A DNA stretch of 64,000 nt from an uncultured Candidatus Rokubacteria bacterium (GCA_963708025.1 CAVPSB010000031.1:256001-320000); one strand, 5' to 3'; counted from the stretch's first letter, positions 9,526 through 17,851 are shown. Numbers and translations: made by a program. The notes: generated by a model from the letters alone, not told the origin.

Positions 9526-9570
9526 AATCGGTCCCTCCGGCTCGGGGTGGGCGGGAGGTCCCGAGCTGAG
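9526..9570 (+). repeat. Short, internally deleted copy of the dispersed G-rich REP-like element
   Basis: Ends match the copies at 25538-25614 and 35889-35969 (reverse strand). Confidence 0.75.
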
Positions 9571-11416
9571 CTCGGCGCCGGAGCCCGGCGCCCGCCGGGC
9601 CCAGGTCGTGGTCGGGCTACCCGTCCCCCGCGTCTTCAGCTATTCCGTCCCCCCGCACCTGGCGGCCGGGCTCGCCCCGGGCCACCGGGTGCGCGTGCCG
9701 TTTCACGGCCGGGCCCGGGCCGGCGTGGCGGTCGAGGTCGCGGACGGGGAGGTCGCCGGGCTCGAGCCGGTCGAGGCGCTTCTCGATCCGGTCCCGGCGC
9801 TCACCGAGCCGCTACTGGCCCTCGCGCGCTGGGCCGCCATCGAGACCGCCAGCGCCTGGGGCGAGGCCGTCGCGCGCGCCCTGCCGCCGTCGGCCCGTCC
9901 GCGCGGCCCGGCGTCGCTCCCGGGAGACCCGCCGCCATCGCCGCCGGGGCCGCTCGTCGTCGGCTACGGCGGCGGGCGAGCTCGCCTGGTGGAGGCCGCG
10001 GTGCGGCGGGCGCTCGACGACGGCCGAGGGGCGCTGGTCCTCGCTCCGGAGATCGAGACGGCGGCCGCCTGGGCCACGGTCCTCGAGCGACTGGTGGGCG
10101 AGCCGGTGCCCTGCCTCACCAGTGACGCGAGCGCCCGCCGGCGGTGGGAGGTCTGGTGGGCCTTCCGGCAGGGCGCCATGCGTGTCGCGGTCGGCACGCG
10201 GGTCGCCGCGTTCCTGCCGGTTCGCGCGCTGGGCCTCACGGTCGTCCTCGACGAGCACGACCCGACGCACAAGGCGGTCGACGTGCCGCGCTGGCACGCG
10301 CGGGAGCTGGCGATCGGCCGCGCGCGCATCGAGGGCGGGGCCTGTCTGCTTGCCAGCGCCACGCCGAGCCTCGAGAGCTGGGCGCGCCTCCAGGCCGGCC
10401 AGGCGACGGCCGAGGAGGCGAAGACCGACGGGTGGCCGGTCGTCCACCGAGTCGACCTCCGGACTGGCGCCGGCGCGGGTTGCCTGTCGCCCGAGCTGCG
10501 GGAGGCGGTGCGGGCAGCGCTCGCCGCCGGGCAGTCGGTGCTCCTCCTCCTGAACCGCCTGGGTTACGGTCGCGCCCTCGGCTGTGGAGACTGCGGCGCC
10601 GTCCGTCGCTGCCCCCGCTGTCGGGTCGCCTTCACGTACCATTTCGGCACGCGCCTCCTGGCCTGCCGGCTCTGCGGCGAGCGGGAGCCCGCCCCGCGCC
10701 AGTGCGAGCGCTGCCGCGGCCGGCGCCTCCAGGCGCTCGGCTGGGGGACGGAGCGGCTCGAGGCCGAGGCGCAGGCGACCTTCCCCGGGGTCCAGGTCGC
10801 GCGCTACGACGGCGAGCTGAGCCCGGAGCGGGCCATGGCGGTCCGCGACGCGTTTCGCGCGGGTCAGGTGCGGGTGCTCGTCGGGACGCAGATGGCGCTC
10901 CGGCTGGGCGCCGGGGCCCCGGTCGGCCTGGCCGCCCTCGTCCTGGCCGACGCGAGTCTGCATCGGCCCGACTTCCGGTCGGGCGAGCGGACGTTCCAGC
11001 TCGCCTGGCACCTGGCCGAGGCCGTGGCGCCGGGAGGGAGCCTGTGGCTCCAGTCCTACTATCCGGACCACCCGGCGCTGGAAGCCGTGGCCCTCGGCGC
11101 CCGCGAGCGATTCTACGAGCCCGAGTGGGCGGACCGCCGAGAGCTCGGGTATCCGCCCGCGCGCCGGATGGCCCGGATCGTCGCCGAGGGCGCCGACGCC
11201 AGCCGGCTGGCGACCGACCTGGCTGGCCGCGCCCGGGCCGCCGGACTCTCGGTCCTCGGGCCCGCCCGGATGGCGGCCGGCCGGTTGCAGCTCCTGCTGC
11301 TGGGCGGTGACGAGCTGCCGGCCGCCGTGGCGGACACCCTCGAGCCGCTTCGCGGCCGGCGCCGGGTGGGCTCGGTCCGGCTGACGGTCAACGTCGATCC
11401 GGTGGAGCTCTCCTGA
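9566..11416 (+). CDS. priA: Primosomal protein N' with degenerate helicase motifs (possible CTG start 9566; GTG 9608 alternative)
   Basis: N-terminal FSY..P/RVRVPF domain, four CxxC pairs, GWGTERLE, PDFRSGERTFQL, VDP C-terminus; coaBC-priA-def synteny. Confidence 0.9.
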   Translation: MSSAPEPGARRAQVVVGLPVPRVFSYSVPPHLAAGLAPGHRVRVPFHGRARAGVAVEVADGEVAGLEPVEALLDPVPALTEPLLALARWAAIETASAWGEAVARALPPSARPRGPASLPGDPPPSPPGPLVVGYGGGRARLVEAAVRRALDDGRGALVLAPEIETAAAWATVLERLVGEPVPCLTSDASARRRWEVWWAFRQGAMRVAVGTRVAAFLPVRALGLTVVLDEHDPTHKAVDVPRWHARELAIGRARIEGGACLLASATPSLESWARLQAGQATAEEAKTDGWPVVHRVDLRTGAGAGCLSPELREAVRAALAAGQSVLLLLNRLGYGRALGCGDCGAVRRCPRCRVAFTYHFGTRLLACRLCGEREPAPRQCERCRGRRLQALGWGTERLEAEAQATFPGVQVARYDGELSPERAMAVRDAFRAGQVRVLVGTQMALRLGAGAPVGLAALVLADASLHRPDFRSGERTFQLAWHLAEAVAPGGSLWLQSYYPDHPALEAVALGARERFYEPEWADRRELGYPPARRMARIVAEGADASRLATDLAGRARAAGLSVLGPARMAAGRLQLLLLGGDELPAAVADTLEPLRGRRRVGSVRLTVNVDPVELS

Positions 11417-11563
11417 TGCCAATCAGGAGTCTCGCGTTTCGCGTCGAGGCGCGCTGGCCGATCCCTGGGGCCCGCGCCGCCTCCGCCCGAGTCCGGGACG
11501 CCGACGCAGGCGTGAGTGGACCGGAGCCGTCCTTCGGAACAGAGCGATTGACGCGATTCGCCT

Positions 11564-11678
11564 CTCGGTCATGGGTGAGGCTCTCAGCACGACCATGATC
11601 TACACTAATCTACACTCACGTTCTGAACCGCGCCCGGGCGCGGTCCGAAGTCCGGCGGACCGGAAGTTCCGCACATGA
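11564..11678 (+). pseudogene. intI: Integron integrase 3' remnant
   Basis: Across frameshifts it reads LGH...STTMIYT/HVLNR/PGAVRSPADRKFRT*, the IntI C-terminus with the catalytic Tyr; ATCTACACT duplicated at 11598-11606 and 11608-11616. Confidence 0.85.
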
Positions 11679-11822
11679 CGCCATCGCCCTCGGCTGGCGC
11701 CGCGCATCGTCTGACCAGACTCGACGGTTCCGCAGAGCACGGACGGCTTCCGCACGACGGCGTGACCTAAGCTGTGGAAACTCCACGTTGAGGTTTCCGG
11801 TCGATTCCGAGCCCTACGCGGC

Positions 11823-11831
11823 TGCTACACT
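11823..11831 (+). promoter_or_regulatory. Candidate cassette promoter Pc (extended -10 TGcTACACT)
   Basis: TGn-TACACT about 50 bp upstream of the first GTT core; no good -35. Confidence 0.4.
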
Positions 11832-11855
11832 GCAGCGCACGCTGCGTCACCGTTT

Positions 11856-11885
11856 CTCGACGGTTCCGCCGAATTCACGTTAGCC
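11856..11885 (+). other. Putative attI site
   Basis: GTTAGCC core at 11879 starts cassette 1 with no attC hairpin before it; CTCGACGGTTCCGC direct repeat at 11720-11733 and 11856-11869. Confidence 0.6.
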
Positions 11886-11902
11886 CGCTTCAGGAGCACA
11901 TA

Positions 11903-12469
<567 letters not shown>

Positions 12470-12560
12470 AGTCTATGATTCCCAGGTCGTCGTTCCTTCT
12501 ACATCGGGCCGCCAGCGGTCGCTTGGCGTGTCGCACTTAGCATGCGAATTCGCGGAAGCG

Positions 12561-12568
12561 GGCTAACA
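12561..12568 (+). other. attC1 left part (R'' box), cut off by IS insertion
   Basis: GAAGCGGGCTAAC (12555-12567) is the exact reverse complement of the cassette start GTTAGCCCGCTTC (11879-11891). Confidence 0.85.
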
Positions 12569-12599
12569 CTTATCAGGCCCCCGGTTGTCAAGAGGAGAC

Positions 12600-13090
12600 A
12601 CCGGTCCGTTCGCGGGAGCGGGAGGGTTCCCGCGTGACGAGGCGGCCCCGTTCGGCGCAGCGAGCCGTGCGCTGACTTGATTTCGAAGGCGGCGTCAGAC
12701 CACGTGGTCTGCACCAAACACTTATTGACGCTCAATCTGGCGACCGGACAGCCGTCGGGTCCCCAGAGCGGAGAGGGCATCTCCGCGGCCTAGAAACTCA
12801 TCGGTGCCCTCCTGCCGGCCGACTCAATGCGGGCGGGCTCTGGCGCAAGACCAGTCCCAGTTAGCACGCAGCTCGGGGGAGGGGCAGCCCACAGCGCTCG
12901 GGCCGATAGGGCGCCGAGAGGAAGGTCGAGCGGGCACGGCGTCCAATCAACGCACCGGACTCCGGGACATGCACGGCCCACATGCCGGCACGCGGTCGCG
13001 GCCGCAGGAGACGACGCGGCATCACGGTCGGGCTCAGTCCCCGGGCGGGTCCAGTTAGACGGCAGGCTCATCCGTGCCCCTCGAGCGCAA
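12600..13090 (-). ncRNA. Predicted bridge/seek RNA in the IS 3' non-coding region (boundaries approximate)
   Basis: About 525 nt non-coding downstream of the transposase, as in IS1111 elements; short segments match the IS ends and the attC target. Confidence 0.6.
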
Positions 13091-13094
13091 GCGG

Positions 13095-14291
13095 TTAGCC
13101 GGTGGCGGTCATGACGGCCTCCGGGGGATTGGCGGTGGGGACAATGGACCGTGGCTTCCGAGCCCCGCGCCGCCGGGCGCCGGCGATCGCCGGGTCCAGC
13201 GGAGCGTCGGGCTCGACCTCGGCGCGCACCGGCGGCGCCGGGGTGGTGGGCAGGGGGAAGAAGCGGGTCGCATCGAAGGCCTGCTCGCGGTGGAGCATAT
13301 AGTAGATGGCCCGCGCGAGCTTGTGGGCCAGGATGGTGAGCGCTTTGGCCTTGCCGTGCTGCTGGGCGAGGCGAGCGACGTACCGCTGGGCCGCGGGATT
13401 CTTGCGCAAGCTGAGGACGGCGGCCTCGGAGAAGGCCCACTTGAGATGGACGTTGCCGATCTTCTTGCCGGAGTATCCATAGTGCTTCCCGTCGGACTGC
13501 TTGGCGCACTTGACGAGCCGGCAGTAGGAGACGAAGTCCTGGACGCGCGGGAAGCGGTGGATGTCGTGGATCTCGTAGAGGAGCACGAGCGACAGGATCT
13601 TGCCGATCCCCGGCACGGAGCGGAGGCGGTAGAAGGCGTTGACGTCGTGGACCTTGGCGCTGCGGGTGAGATGCAGCTCGAGGTCGGTGAGGAGCCGATC
13701 GTAGTGGTCGAGGAGGTCGAGGTTCGTCTCGATGCTCTTGCGCACCTCGGGATCGGCAAACTGCTCGGCCACGTCGGTCCGGTTGGCTTTGTAGGCAATC
13801 TTCTTGCCGAAGGTGGGCAGGATGTACTGGCTGGTGGTGTTCTGGATGTGGGTCAGGAGCTCGGCGCGCTGGCGCATGAAGTGGCACCGCCGGCGCAGCA
13901 GGTCCCGGGTGGCCCGCATCTCGCGCGGGTAGACGTAGGCCATCGGCAGCATACCGCCGCGCAGCAGCACGGCGATCTTGTGGGCGTCGATCTTGTCGTT
14001 CTTGGCCTTGCCGCCGTGGATCGCCTTCATGTACAGGGCGTGACCGAGGACGAAGGCGATCCCCTCCTGCGCGCAGAGGTCGGCGACCCAGTACCAGGTG
14101 AAGATGCACTCGACGGCCACCACGATGTCCTCGCGGTATGCCGCGATCGTGGCCAGCAAGTGCTCCGGGGTGGCGGGGCCATTGCGGTGGACGCGCACCT
14201 TACCCTCGGCGTCCAGCACGCAGATGTACATCCGTCGGGCGTGCAGATCGATCCCACAGTAGTATCGGTGCTGCGCAGTGTAGAATCTCAT
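13095..14291 (-). CDS. IS110 family transposase/recombinase
   Basis: GIDLH, AVEC, KNDKIDA (DEDD RuvC), SVPGIG, QSDGK serine motif, AHKLARAIY; ATG 14291 with GGAGGAG SD. Confidence 0.96.
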   Translation of the reverse strand: MRFYTAQHRYYCGIDLHARRMYICVLDAEGKVRVHRNGPATPEHLLATIAAYREDIVVAVECIFTWYWVADLCAQEGIAFVLGHALYMKAIHGGKAKNDKIDAHKIAVLLRGGMLPMAYVYPREMRATRDLLRRRCHFMRQRAELLTHIQNTTSQYILPTFGKKIAYKANRTDVAEQFADPEVRKSIETNLDLLDHYDRLLTDLELHLTRSAKVHDVNAFYRLRSVPGIGKILSLVLLYEIHDIHRFPRVQDFVSYCRLVKCAKQSDGKHYGYSGKKIGNVHLKWAFSEAAVLSLRKNPAAQRYVARLAQQHGKAKALTILAHKLARAIYYMLHREQAFDATRFFPLPTTPAPPVRAEVEPDAPLDPAIAGARRRGARKPRSIVPTANPPEAVMTATG

Positions 14292-14380
14292 CCAGTCTCC
14301 TCCTTGCCCCGGCGGGGCGGTGTTGTTTGGCCGCAATCACCTTACCCTGACGTGTGGCAAGGGGGGGCCTGGATGAGGAT

Positions 14381-14438
14381 CAACTCGCTCCAGCCGACCC
14401 CTCGCTGCGCTCGGGGCGGCTGAGCTCGGCCGTTAGCG
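14381..14438 (+). other. attC1 right part (L''-loop-L'-R')
   Basis: GCTC(C)AGCCG pairs with CGGCTGAGC leaving an extrahelical base; R' GTTAGCG at 14432-14438. Confidence 0.88.
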
Positions 14439-14453
14439 GGCTGAAGGTGTCGC

Positions 14454-14933
14454 GTGGTTGATCGTGCAGACGAAATGCTGGCCCGCATTGCCGGCGCGAT
14501 CGTGCCGCCTGCGGTTCGACAGCAGACGGAGCATGCGGCTCTTCACGACCTATACGCGGAGATTCCGATCAGATTCCCGGTTCTCTACGAGGACCTGATC
14601 CTTGGGTATCGGTGGGAAGCTGGTGCGGAACTCGGCTCGTTGGAGCTTCTCGCGAACCCAATGGGGCATGCATCGCTGGCAGGCCTTCTGGTATCGATTC
14701 GCTACGATCCGCACCTGGCGGCGGCCTTGCTGCCCGCGAGCCTCGTGCCGTTCGCGCGGCCAGCCGGCGGGAGCTATGACCCAGTCTGCTTCAGGAAGAG
14801 CGCGGGCGTACGTGACTGCGAGGTTGTCCAGATCGATCACGAGAGCATTCTCTGCAACCACAAGATCAAGGTCACCGCGGTCCTTGCCCCGAGCTTTCGG
14901 AGGTTGGTCGAGAATGTGCTGTCAGCCCGCTAA
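14454..14933 (+). CDS. Cassette 2: hypothetical protein, SMI1/KNR4 (SUKH)-like
   Basis: YDPVCF...EVVQIDHE...LAPSF..LV resembles the SUKH C-terminus; stop TAA lies in the R'' box. Confidence 0.6.
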   Translation: MVDRADEMLARIAGAIVPPAVRQQTEHAALHDLYAEIPIRFPVLYEDLILGYRWEAGAELGSLELLANPMGHASLAGLLVSIRYDPHLAAALLPASLVPFARPAGGSYDPVCFRKSAGVRDCEVVQIDHESILCNHKIKVTAVLAPSFRRLVENVLSAR

Positions 14934-14959
14934 CAAGCGCGTTACGCACAACGTTATGC
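14928..14959 (+). other. attC2, internally deleted (32 bp)
   Basis: R'' CGCTAAC and R' GTTATGC only 18 bp apart; TCAGCCCGCTAAC (14922-14934) complements GTTAGCGGGCTGA (14432-14444). Confidence 0.75.
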
Positions 14960-15057
14960 GGCATTCGACGCCGTGCGGCGTATCCTGTGTGATGGCCGCT
15001 ATGGCCAGAAGCCGGCATTGGCTGCCGCTGCGGATTGACCGGCCAGGTCACCAAAGG

Positions 15058-16095
15058 ATGCCCGGCGCGATAAGAACCGCTTGCCTGGTGCTCCCGTTGT
15101 TGTTGACGTCCTCGCTCGCGGAGGCGAACGGGAAGGATATCGTTCTCGCCGATAGCCGGAGCGATGAGATAAGGAAAGGGACAGTTATCGGAAGTAAGGG
15201 ACGACATCTGAACGCCGATGACCGCATACGCGATCTCCTCGGCCACCCAGCCTTCGCCGGTTTCGCGAGGCTGCTGTTGCCGTGGGATGGCCGTAGCTAT
15301 GACCAAGCCATGCGCCTGAGCGATATCGGCTCGCTCCTGCCGTATCACAGCCACGTGGATCCTAAGACGGTGGTGGGCGCACTCAATCGCATGATCGACG
15401 ATGTAAATAGCGGTCACGCCGTGTTCTTCCCGTTCTACAGCGAAGAACAGAAGCAGAAGCAACCCGCACGCGAACATACAGGTTTGTTCTTCTTCCGCGG
15501 AAAGCCCAGTGCTCCCTTCGCCGTGATATCCCCCGGCGGTGGCTTCTCCTATGTTGGGGCCGTCCACGAAGGGTTCCCCTATGCCAGCGAAATCAGCGCC
15601 ATGGGCTACAACGCTTTCGTGCTGCGATATCGCGCAGGCTATGGCGGCGCAGTGGCCACCGAGGATCTAGCTGCAGCCATCTCCTACATCTTCCGCAACG
15701 CGAAGGCGCTCGGCGTCAGCGTCCGAGACTACTCCCTTTGGGGAAGCTCGGCCGGCGCAAGGATGGCGGCTGCCATCGGTTCGCACGGCGTTGCCGCCCA
15801 TGGTGGCGACATGATTCCAAAACCGTCAGCGGTCGTGATGGCCTACACAGCCCATTCAGATCACTCGTCCGCTGAGCCTCCGACCTTCGTCGTGGTCGGC
15901 GAACAGGACGCAATCGTGCCGCCGGCTTCGATGGAAAGGCGAATTGCGGCCCTGCGCAGCGCAGGAACAGAGGTGGAGTACCATAAGTATAGAAATCTCG
16001 GTCATGGCTTCGGGCCAGGAACCGGGACCAGCGCCGAAGGCTGGATCGCGGACGCCGTTCGGTTCTGGGAAAAGTTCATCACCCAACGGAACTGA
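15058..16095 (+). CDS. Cassette 3: secreted alpha/beta hydrolase (esterase-like)
   Basis: Signal-peptide-like N-terminus from ATG 15058, PGGGF oxyanion loop, GSSAG nucleophile, GEQD, HGFG. Confidence 0.88.
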   Translation: MPGAIRTACLVLPLLLTSSLAEANGKDIVLADSRSDEIRKGTVIGSKGRHLNADDRIRDLLGHPAFAGFARLLLPWDGRSYDQAMRLSDIGSLLPYHSHVDPKTVVGALNRMIDDVNSGHAVFFPFYSEEQKQKQPAREHTGLFFFRGKPSAPFAVISPGGGFSYVGAVHEGFPYASEISAMGYNAFVLRYRAGYGGAVATEDLAAAISYIFRNAKALGVSVRDYSLWGSSAGARMAAAIGSHGVAAHGGDMIPKPSAVVMAYTAHSDHSSAEPPTFVVVGEQDAIVPPASMERRIAALRSAGTEVEYHKYRNLGHGFGPGTGTSAEGWIADAVRFWEKFITQRN

Positions 16096-16255
16096 TGCGC
16101 CGGATGCCCCGCTGCTCCGTCTGTTTACGCGGCTATTCAACCGCTTCCAATGCCGGTGGCGTCAACTCGCATCTGCGTGTCCCGTCCTTCCCCAAGCAAA
16201 ACATGTCTGCTTTGGGCGAAAGTGGATAACCAGTGGCTGCCTCAACCAAAATGCC

Positions 16256-16333
16256 GCATAACTTCCGCATGCACCTGACCGGCTACAGCGGGCTTCGCCC
16301 GCTTCCGCCGGCAGGTGATGCGGGGCGTTAGCG
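16256..16333 (+). other. attC3 (78 bp, canonical)
   Basis: R'' GCATAAC; CCGCAT(G)CACCTG(A)CCGG pairs with CCGGCAGGTGATGCGG; R' GTTAGCG; AATGCCGCATAAC complements the cassette start 14953-14965. Confidence 0.93.
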
Positions 16334-16368
16334 CGCATTCGATTAAGGCCGGTGGATAGGGGTGGGGC

Positions 16369-16650
16369 GTGGCCTACGTCTTCGAATGGGACGCGGCAAA
16401 GGCGATCGCGAATGTCCAGAAGCATCGTGTCACGTTCGACGAAGCGTCCACGGTCTTCGGCGACCCGCTGGCGTTGCTAATGCCCGATCCGGATCACTCG
16501 GAAGGCGAGGAGCGTTACCTGCTCCTCGGGATGTCAACTCGTCAGCGGCTCTTGGTGGTAGCCTTCTCAGAGCGCCTACCCCAGACGCGGCTCATCTCAG
16601 CCAGACGGGCGACCCGACGAGAGCGGAGGCGATATGAAGCGAAGAGCTAG
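16369..16650 (+). CDS. brnT: Cassette 4: BrnT family toxin
   Basis: FEWD..K...N..KH.V.F.EA..VF.DP, DHS.GEER, RLISARRAT..ER..YE. Confidence 0.93.
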   Translation: MAYVFEWDAAKAIANVQKHRVTFDEASTVFGDPLALLMPDPDHSEGEERYLLLGMSTRQRLLVVAFSERLPQTRLISARRATRRERRRYEAKS

Positions 16651-16882
16651 GGGCGGTAACGGAGCAGCCGAGCGCGACACACTGCGGCCTGAGTACGATT
16701 TCACTCGAGCTGTCCGCGGTGCAACTGCAGCCCGGTACGCCGAGGGCGCCAATATCGTAGTCGTCGATCCCGCGGTCCTCGACGTGTTCCCAGACGGAGC
16801 GTCGGTAAACGAGGCGCTCAGGGCACTGGCACCCGTCATTCGGCGAGGTCGGCGTGGCGTGCGCCGGCGGCGAAGCGCCTGA
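16634..16882 (+). CDS. Cassette 4: BrnA-like antitoxin
   Basis: LRPEYDF...DP.V..VFPD..SVNEALRAL; overlaps the brnT stop. Confidence 0.82.
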   Translation: MKRRARGGNGAAERDTLRPEYDFTRAVRGATAARYAEGANIVVVDPAVLDVFPDGASVNEALRALAPVIRRGRRGVRRRRSA

Positions 16883-16933
16883 CTTCGGCATGCAGCCGAC
16901 GCCTTCGGCCGCGGCTGACGCCGATCGTTCGGC
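16877..16933 (+). other. attC4 (57 bp) with non-canonical R'' (GCCTGAC)
   Basis: CGGCAT(G)CAGCCG pairs with CGGCTGACGCCG (one mismatch); R' GTTCGGC at 16927-16933. Confidence 0.82.
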
Positions 16934-16986
16934 GGGCAAGAAGCACCCGTGAGTGGGGCTCGGTACAAGCGCGAAGGCCAGGTGCC

Positions 16987-17544
16987 ATGACACTTGAACG
17001 CATTGAACGCTATGTCATCGAGCCGAGTGCTCATGGCGCCGTCCTGAGAATGCGCCAAGGCCGGCGTGCCCTGGGCGTCGCGTTCTTGTCACTCGCCGTT
17101 TTGCTCGTGAGCTGGTGGTTCGGGCCGTATGAACCACGGCCTGGTTCGGACTGGGCGCTATCGGATTCGTTTTACTGGCTTTGGTCCGGCTTTTTTTCGC
17201 TGGGCTTCATCTTGGGACTGCTTGGCGCCTTGTACCGAGAGAATTGGACCATCAGCGCGCAGGATATCGTCGTGACGAGATCGGTCGGGCCCTGGCGCAG
17301 GACTCGCCGCGTCTCGAGGGGTCGCTCGGTAGGGATTCGCGTTGAGATCATCACGGGCGGAGGCGATGGGCCGATCTTCCCATACCAACTCCGCTTCTTG
17401 GATGCTGAGCAGAAAGATTCGGGACTTCGGATTGAATTGCAACTGACCCGCAGCGTGGATCAGGTTCTCGAGGCGTTACGTCCAGTGCTGGCATTGGAAG
17501 TCGATGACCGGAGGAAGAGCTACCGAACAACCGGATGCAGCTGA
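16987..17544 (+). CDS. Cassette 5: hypothetical membrane protein (two TM segments plus soluble domain)
   Basis: Fills the cassette between attC4 and attC5; stop codon inside attC5. Confidence 0.75.
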   Translation: MTLERIERYVIEPSAHGAVLRMRQGRRALGVAFLSLAVLLVSWWFGPYEPRPGSDWALSDSFYWLWSGFFSLGFILGLLGALYRENWTISAQDIVVTRSVGPWRRTRRVSRGRSVGIRVEIITGGGDGPIFPYQLRFLDAEQKDSGLRIELQLTRSVDQVLEALRPVLALEVDDRRKSYRTTGCS

Positions 17545-17646
17545 CGAGCGCCCTCGCTGCGGCCCCACGGGGACGGAGGAGGGGCACTCCGCGTGCTCGC
17601 CCTTCGGCGAGCACCGGGCGCTCGCAGCTGATCCGGGGTGTTCGGC
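17522..17646 (+). other. attC5 (125 bp, canonical)
   Basis: R'' ACCGAAC; CCGGAT(G)CAGCTG(A)CGAGCGCCC pairs with GGGCGCTCGCAGCTGATCCGG; R' GTTCGGC at 17640. Confidence 0.92.
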
Positions 17647-17741
17647 TCCGAGGACCAGACCAGAGGGAGGTGAGTCTCGACGCGGCAGGGTCCGGCCCGG
17701 AATACGGCCAATGACAAGGCAGGCGATCCTCTTCGGTTGCG

Positions 17742-17797
17742 ATGGACCACGCATCGGTCTTGTCACTCTCGGCGTCGCCGACCTTGAAAGAGCCTGA
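17742..17797 (+). pseudogene. N-terminal remnant of a VOC/glyoxalase family gene (truncated sixth cassette)
   Basis: PRIGLVTLGVADLERA* matches typical VOC-family N-termini, then stops. Confidence 0.65.
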
Positions 17798-17851
17798 GTC
17801 GGGTCGAGCTCCTGAGGGTACAATAGGTCGGCAAGGGAGAGGGGACGGCCC

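Larger units (their letters stand above)
12569..14380 (-). mobile_element. IS110-family (IS1111-like) insertion sequence inserted in attC1
   Basis: DEDD transposase; CA dinucleotide at both junctions (12567-12568, 14381-14382); imperfect subterminal IRs CTTATCAGGCCCCC / GGGGGCCTGGATGAG; removal restores a 64-bp attC. Confidence 0.92.

Noticed and set aside
11416-11900. Intact integron integrase
   Set aside because: Only about 115 bp of the 3' end is recognisable, with several indels
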